Both the position numbers and the translations under genes were made by a program. Below are positions 58,906-64,000 of a stretch of DNA of 64,000 bases, in pieces. Each line of letters opens with the position of its first letter. Position 1 is the first letter of the stretch. Under the pieces are notes generated by a model that had not been told where the DNA came from, searched no databases, and saw nothing but the letters and a program-made list of their open reading frames with translations. The DNA is taken from assembly GCA_038212275.1 (NCBI GenBank), contig JBBQUR010000023.1, forward strand, positions 15,417 to 79,416. The letters are read 5' to 3'. The stretch comes from Planctomycetota bacterium (GTDB taxonomy: Bacteria > Planctomycetota > B15-G4).

Positions 58906-60582
58906 TCAGAAGATCGTGACCCCCACGCCCTCGGTGCCGTACACACCGCCGGTCGCGAGCGCCGCCGCATCCTTGATGAAGAACTGACCGTAGAAGGTGA
59001 AACCGGTCAGCGCCGCGTTGGGCGGGATGCCGATCTTCACCGTGCCGGCTCCCGAAGCATCCGTCACCGTGGGCGTCAGCACGAGCAGCGTCGCCACGTT
59101 GATGTTCATCGGAATCGGGAAGCGCGGATCGGGGAACGGCGAGCCGTTGCCTGCGCCGAAGGCGAGCGCCAGCAGCGAGGCCGCATTCGGAGTCGCCTTG
59201 GCTACGCCCAGCGTGAAATCCGCGTGACCCTTGTTCGCCGGCACGTTCGTGACGAGCTCGGGCAGGACCGCGGCGCCGTTCGCGCTGGCCACGCCGAACT
59301 TGACGTTCGACGAAGGCAGCTCGCTGCGCAGCGTGGGCCGGGTGAACGGGAACTCGTTGGCCGCGACACGCGGATCCGTCAGACCCACTTCGACGAAGTG
59401 GATGAGATCGGCCTTCTCGGTGTCCGTGAGGTTCAGCGGGAAGAGGCTGGTGTCCGTGTTCGGACCCGTGAAGAGGCCGCCCATGTTGTAGAAGTCGACC
59501 AGCTCGGCGACGCTGCTCATGCTGCCGTTATGGAAGAGCGGCACGCGCAGCTTGGCATTGCGGACGTTGGGCGTCTTGAAGCGTGCCATGTCGAGCGGAT
59601 CGCCCGTCACGGCCATGCGGCCCACGTCCTCGGCGTCAGGGCGCACGCCAATGTTGTGGAAGCCACCATCTGCCGTGAACGGCAGCGTGTGGCAGGCCGA
59701 GCAGTTGGCCTTGCCCTGGAAGAGTTCACGGCCCACCTCGAGCTCGGGCGGAAGCATTTCCTCGCCCTTGAGGAACTTGTCCATCGGGGATTCGTCGGCG
59801 ATGAGCGTGCGCTCGTAGTTGCCGATGGCGAACATGATGCGCCTGGACGTGATGGCGGGATCGCCATACACGGCCTCGAACATGTCCGGATAGGTGGGAT
59901 AGAGAGCGACGAAGTCCGCCATCTCTTGCGGCAGGTTGGTTCCGAGCGCAAGCGGCTTGGCGGTCACCAGCCGGTTGCTGATGTCGGTCCACGTCTCGCC
60001 GCCGCGCGCCATCTCGACGTCCGAGGTGGGCGGGCCCATGGCCTGGCTCTCGAGCGCGCCCATGTAGGCAATCTCGACGACCTGCGTCTGCGGGTCCGTG
60101 TAGGCGCCGAGCGCGCGGCCGTCCCAGAAGATCTCGTTGAAGTAGACCGCGTTGATGGCGGACGGCGCCTTGCGGCCGGTCACCTGCACGTGCGGGAAGA
60201 AGACCGAGCTCCCGACGTAGTTGCCATTGACGTCATGCGCCACGACGCCCTGCGAGCCCCGGATGTCGTCAGCGGTGCCGAAGAGGCCATCGGGTCCCGG
60301 GTTGATCGACGTCGCCTCGAAGGAGCGCGGATCGCTGCCGCCCGCTTCGTGGATGTGGCACGTGCCGCACGCCATCGTGTTGTCGGAGCTCATCTGCTCT
60401 TCCCAGAACAGGAACTTGCCGAGTTCCGCCTGGCCAGGCAGCAGCGGATTTTCGAACGGGAACTCCGGCGGATTGGGCAGCGGCTGATCGGCCTGCGACC
60501 GCGCGCCGGTTGCCATGACCGAGAGTGCGAGTGCCGCGACGGGAAGCGTGCGCATCAGCAGGGCGAAGGAACGAAGATGCAT
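58906..60582 (-). CDS. Di-heme cytochrome c peroxidase/MauG-family protein with the conserved C-terminal domain
   Basis: Signal peptide, LGKFLFW, CGTCH, FWDGRA, CSACH, FKTPNVRN and FHNG. Confidence 0.9.
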   Translation of the reverse strand: MHLRSFALLMRTLPVAALALSVMATGARSQADQPLPNPPEFPFENPLLPGQAELGKFLFWEEQMSSDNTMACGTCHIHEAGGSDPRSFEATSINPGPDGLFGTADDIRGSQGVVAHDVNGNYVGSSVFFPHVQVTGRKAPSAINAVYFNEIFWDGRALGAYTDPQTQVVEIAYMGALESQAMGPPTSDVEMARGGETWTDISNRLVTAKPLALGTNLPQEMADFVALYPTYPDMFEAVYGDPAITSRRIMFAIGNYERTLIADESPMDKFLKGEEMLPPELEVGRELFQGKANCSACHTLPFTADGGFHNIGVRPDAEDVGRMAVTGDPLDMARFKTPNVRNAKLRVPLFHNGSMSSVAELVDFYNMGGLFTGPNTDTSLFPLNLTDTEKADLIHFVEVGLTDPRVAANEFPFTRPTLRSELPSSNVKFGVASANGAAVLPELVTNVPANKGHADFTLGVAKATPNAASLLALAFGAGNGSPFPDPRFPIPMNINVATLLVLTPTVTDASGAGTVKIGIPPNAALTGFTFYGQFFIKDAAALATGGVYGTEGVGVTIF

Positions 60583-60710
60583 AATGACCTCGGGTATGCA
60601 AAGTGGGGGAAGAGCCGGAGCCCTCCGGTGAGCGTTCGTCCGGAGCAGCGTCGTGATCCGTGCAGTCTAGCCCGCGTTGGCGATTACTGTCAACGCATGT
60701 CATGCGCGTA

Positions 60711-60735
60711 CAAGCTGTTGTTTACAAAAGACTTA
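60711..60735 (-). promoter_or_regulatory. 25-bp AT-rich imperfect palindrome TAAGTC-N9-CAA-N4-TTG, copy B (IHF-site-like)
   Basis: Minus strand reads TAAGTCTTTTGTAAACAACAGCTTG. Its AAACAACAGCTTG is one mismatch from the IHF consensus WATCAANNNNTTR. Lies in a divergent promoter region. Confidence 0.45.
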
Positions 60736-60821
60736 TATCGTTGCGAAAGTTTTCTGATGAATAGTCGCAAGTCCTGGGGCCTGGGTTTCCTGCCCCACAT
60801 CGGCTGCCGGAACGACCTCGC

Positions 60822-61664
60822 ATGAGCACGATCGGCGTGGACTTGCTCGCATGGAACGACTCTGCCGAGCGCTGGATCATGAATGCCGATCGCATCGCGG
60901 CCATGACCGTTGAAGCGAGCGATGCGTTGATCGCGCTTCTGCAGCCGGAGCCCGGCCAGCGACTCCTCGATGTCGCGGCGGGAGTCGGTGACCCGACGTT
61001 TCGCCTCGCCGGCATCGTCGGCCCTGTCGGTCACATCACGGCAACGGACGGTGTCGCCGGCATGTGCGAAGAGTTGAAGCGGCGTGCTGCCGCGCGCGGT
61101 CTCGCCCAGATCACCGTGCTCGCCCGTCCTGCGGAAGCACTGGACTTTCCGGCCTCGAGTTTCGACGGCGCGTGCTGTCGCTTCGGCGCCATGTTCTTTG
61201 CGGATCCCGAGCAGGCGCTGAGGCGCATGCTTCGCGCGGTGCGCCGCGACGGTCGCCTCGTGCTCGCGGTCTGGGCCGAGAAGCAGGCCAACCCGTACTT
61301 CACGCTCGTGATGGATGCGCTGGATGAGGTCGGTGCGCCTCCCGTTCCGCTCGTTCCCGGCACGCGCACTCCGTTCGAGTTCTCGCATCCCGGTGACTTG
61401 CTCGGCGTGGCGCAACGGGCCGGCTGGCGCAACGTGCATGAGAACGCCGCGAGTCTGTCGATGCGATTGCCTGCGACGACGCCCGCCACGCTGCTCGATG
61501 CGCTGGCGGCGATGTCGGGTCGCGTGGCGGACCGCCTGGCGCTGCTCGATCCGTCGCAGCTCGCGAGCGTGCGCGCCGAGGTTGCCCGGCGCGGCGCCCC
61601 CTTCGTCCAAGGCCCGGACATCGTGTTTCCGGCCCGCATCCTGCTGATTTCGGGACAGTCCTGA
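60822..61664 (+). CDS. Class I SAM-dependent methyltransferase
   Basis: LLDVAAGVG and AEALDFP..SFD...CRFGAMFF. Confidence 0.9.
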   Translation: MSTIGVDLLAWNDSAERWIMNADRIAAMTVEASDALIALLQPEPGQRLLDVAAGVGDPTFRLAGIVGPVGHITATDGVAGMCEELKRRAAARGLAQITVLARPAEALDFPASSFDGACCRFGAMFFADPEQALRRMLRAVRRDGRLVLAVWAEKQANPYFTLVMDALDEVGAPPVPLVPGTRTPFEFSHPGDLLGVAQRAGWRNVHENAASLSMRLPATTPATLLDALAAMSGRVADRLALLDPSQLASVRAEVARRGAPFVQGPDIVFPARILLISGQS

Positions 61665-61666
61665 CC

Positions 61667-62152
61667 ATGAGCACGCCGCGTATCGCACTCGACCTCTCAG
61701 CCTTTCTCGACTCGTCCCATGCCGGCATGGTGCCGGGCCTGACCCGCGACCAGGAGCGCGCAGCGCTCGAGCAATTCCTGCGCGCGGCCTACGAGGACCT
61801 CGGCCAGGCGCCGCACCTGCTCGACGGCCATCAGCTGCACGAGTTGCTCGGACACGTGCTGCCGGGACGATTCGGCCGGAGCGACCGCGCCATTCGGCAC
61901 GTGCCGGAGCTCATCGCGCGGTATTTCGATCACCTCGAGGAAGTCGTCACGTTGAGCCATTCCTTCGAGGTTCGCGCGGCGCTCGATGGCACGTCCGACG
62001 AGTTCGTGCAGGCCGCCACCAGCGGCCACATGGCGCACCACGGCGCCCCGGTCGCCCCCATCGTGAACAAGGCTCCGAAGCTCGGCCGCAACGATCCGTG
62101 CTGGTGCGGCTCGGGTCGGAAGTTCAAGAAGTGTCACGGTGCGGCCAGCTGA
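61667..62152 (+). CDS. SEC-C motif-containing protein
   Basis: C-terminal [18 protein letters not shown]. Confidence 0.85.
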   Translation: MSTPRIALDLSAFLDSSHAGMVPGLTRDQERAALEQFLRAAYEDLGQAPHLLDGHQLHELLGHVLPGRFGRSDRAIRHVPELIARYFDHLEEVVTLSHSFEVRAALDGTSDEFVQAATSGHMAHHGAPVAPIVNKAPKLGRNDPCWCGSGRKFKKCHGAAS

Positions 62153-62173
62153 GCGCCGCGAGGCGACGCGCCG

Positions 62174-63847
62174 TCAGGTCAGCCCCGGCAGGTTGATACC
62201 CTTGTCGCGCGCGCATTGCACGGCGAGTTCGTAGCCCGCCTGCGCATGGCGCATGACGCCCGTGCCCGGATCGTTCGTGAGGACGCGCTGCAGGCGCGCG
62301 TCGGCCTCCGGTGTGCCGTCGGCCACGATGACCTGTCCCGAGTGCTGGCTGTAACCCATGCCCACCCCGCCACCGTGGTGCAGCGAAACCCAAGTCGCGC
62401 CGGACGCCGTGTTGAGCAACGCGTTGAGCAGCGGCCAGTCCGACACGGCGTCGCTGCCGTCCTGCATGGCCTCGGTCTCGCGATTGGGAGAAGCCACCGA
62501 ACCGCAGTCGAGGTGATCCCGGCCGATGGCGACCGGCGCGGAGATCGCCCCCTCGCGCACGAGCCGGTTGATCTCCAGGCCGAGCCGGGCCCGCTCGCCG
62601 TAGCCCAGCCAGCAGATGCGCGCGGGCAGCCCCTGGAACGCGATGCGTTGCTGCGCGAGGCGGATCCACCGCGCCAGCGGAGCATCCTCGGGGAAAAGAC
62701 GCAGCACGGCCTCGTCGGTCACGGCGATGTCGCGCGGATCGCCGGACAGCGCCGCCCAGCGGAACGGCCCCTTGCCCAGGCAGAAGAGCGGCCGGATGTA
62801 CTCCGGCACGAAGCCGGGAATCATGAAGGCGTCGGTACTGCCGGCCTCGGCCGCGAAGCCACGCAGGTTGTTGCCGTAGTCGAAGGTGACTGCACCGCGA
62901 TCCTGCAGCGCGCGCATGGCGGCGATGTGCTCCACCATCGTGGCCAGCGAGCGGCGCTGGTAGTCCGCGGGGTCCTGAGCGCGCAGCGCCACGGCATCCG
63001 CGAAGGAGAACCCGCGCGGCACGTAGCCGTTGAGCGGGTCGTGTGCGCTGGTCTGGTCCGTCAGGACGTCGGGCACGACGCCGCGCCGGATGAGCGCCCT
63101 CAGCAGATCCACCTGGTTGCCGACCCAGCCGATGGACCTGGCCTCGCCCCGCCGCTGCATCTGCAGCGCGAGGTCGATGGCGCTGTCGAGATCCTCGGCC
63201 AGCACGTCGAGGTAGCGCGTCTTGAGCCGCTTCTCGATGCGGCGTGCATCGACGTCTGCGGCCAGGAAGGTGGCGCCATTCATCACGGCCGCGAGCGGCT
63301 GTGCGCCGCCCATGCCACCGAGGCCGCCGCTCACGACGAGGCGCCCGTCGAGCGAGCCGCCGAAATGCTTCACGGCTGCGGCCGCGAAGGTCTCGTAGGT
63401 GCCCTGCACGATGCCCTGGCTGCCGATGTAGATCCAGCTGCCCGCGGTCATCTGCCCGTACATCATCAGACCCTTGCGATCGAGCTCGTGGAAGTGCTCC
63501 CACGTGGCCCAGTGCGGCACCAGGTTGGAGTTGGCGATCAGCACGCGCGGCGCATCGGCGTGTGTCGGGAAGATGCCAACCGGATTGCCGGACTGGACCA
63601 GCAGGGTTTCGTCGTCCCCAAGGTTGCGCAGCGATTCGAGGATAGCGTCATAGCAGGCCCAGTCGCGCGCGGCGCGGCCGATGCCGCCGTAGACGACCAG
63701 TTCGGTGGGATTTTCGGCGACTTCCGCGTCGAGGTTATTCTGCAGCATCCGGTACGCGGCTTCGGTGAGCCAGGATTTGCAATGCAGTTCGCTTCCGCGC
63801 GGGGCGCGGATGACGCGGGTCGGGTCGATGCGGCGATTGATGGGCAT
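62174..63847 (-). CDS. hutU: Urocanate hydratase
   Basis: [31 protein letters not shown] and HHGGGVG. AAGGAG RBS. Confidence 0.98.
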   Translation of the reverse strand: MPINRRIDPTRVIRAPRGSELHCKSWLTEAAYRMLQNNLDAEVAENPTELVVYGGIGRAARDWACYDAILESLRNLGDDETLLVQSGNPVGIFPTHADAPRVLIANSNLVPHWATWEHFHELDRKGLMMYGQMTAGSWIYIGSQGIVQGTYETFAAAAVKHFGGSLDGRLVVSGGLGGMGGAQPLAAVMNGATFLAADVDARRIEKRLKTRYLDVLAEDLDSAIDLALQMQRRGEARSIGWVGNQVDLLRALIRRGVVPDVLTDQTSAHDPLNGYVPRGFSFADAVALRAQDPADYQRRSLATMVEHIAAMRALQDRGAVTFDYGNNLRGFAAEAGSTDAFMIPGFVPEYIRPLFCLGKGPFRWAALSGDPRDIAVTDEAVLRLFPEDAPLARWIRLAQQRIAFQGLPARICWLGYGERARLGLEINRLVREGAISAPVAIGRDHLDCGSVASPNRETEAMQDGSDAVSDWPLLNALLNTASGATWVSLHHGGGVGMGYSQHSGQVIVADGTPEADARLQRVLTNDPGTGVMRHAQAGYELAVQCARDKGINLPGLT

Positions 63848-63886
63848 GAATGTCTCCTTCATCCCATTATCGCATCGGTGGCCGGA

Positions 63887-64000
63887 TCAACCGCGCGGGC
63901 AGCTCGCTGGCAGGGCCGCCTTGATTTTCGCGAGTTCTTCTTCGCTCACCGCGACCGGCGGTGAGCCGCCCCAGTCGAACAGGACCTTCCACACGCCGTC
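63887..64000 (-). CDS. 3' end of a probable NTF2-like/DUF4440 protein, truncated by the window edge
   Basis: DGVWKVLFDWGG...SCPRG-stop. The frame is open to the window end. Confidence 0.5.
   Translation of the reverse strand, partial: DGVWKVLFDWGGSPPVAVSEEELAKIKAALPASCPRG

Noticed and set aside
63944..63966. Hairpin GCTCACCGC-GACCG-GCGGTGAGC as a terminator or ncRNA
   Set aside because: It lies inside a plausible minus-strand CDS end and has no U-tract.

Overview
A 64 kb window of a very GC-rich bacterial chromosome. A Planctomycetota-like origin is inferred from the ECF sigma-Ser/Thr-kinase-TPR pair, the FG-GAP, sulfatase-like and di-heme secreted proteins, and a recurring C-terminal domain. 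I found about 60 plausible CDSs and no rRNA, tRNA, CRISPR array, transposase or integrase. Core genes are sodB, an rhlE-like helicase, ada, ppk2, ligA, queA, pdxS/pdxT, nth and hutU. The most notable signals, several missing from the ORF track, are: (1) an Rdx/SelW-type selenoprotein with an in-frame UGA (CxxU) and a bacterial SECIS hairpin, heading a transcription unit with a B12-dependent radical SAM enzyme and a 39-aa ORF; (2) an ECF sigma and TPR kinase pair whose two flanking hydrolase/oxidoreductase units share a 20-bp upstream motif (17/20 identical); (3) a ~120-aa C-terminal domain shared by three unrelated secreted proteins, a candidate lineage-specific sorting or anchoring signal; (4) a divergent gene pair with cohesin-like and dockerin-like modules and a perfect 16-bp palindrome between the genes; (5) four orphan secreted-protein genes, including a Cys-rich HExxH protein and a protein with a duplicated unnamed motif; (6) a decayed TA/defence-like patch at 36.7-40.3 kb. 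Family calls come from motif recognition by eye, not database searches. Start codons were chosen manually and some are uncertain.
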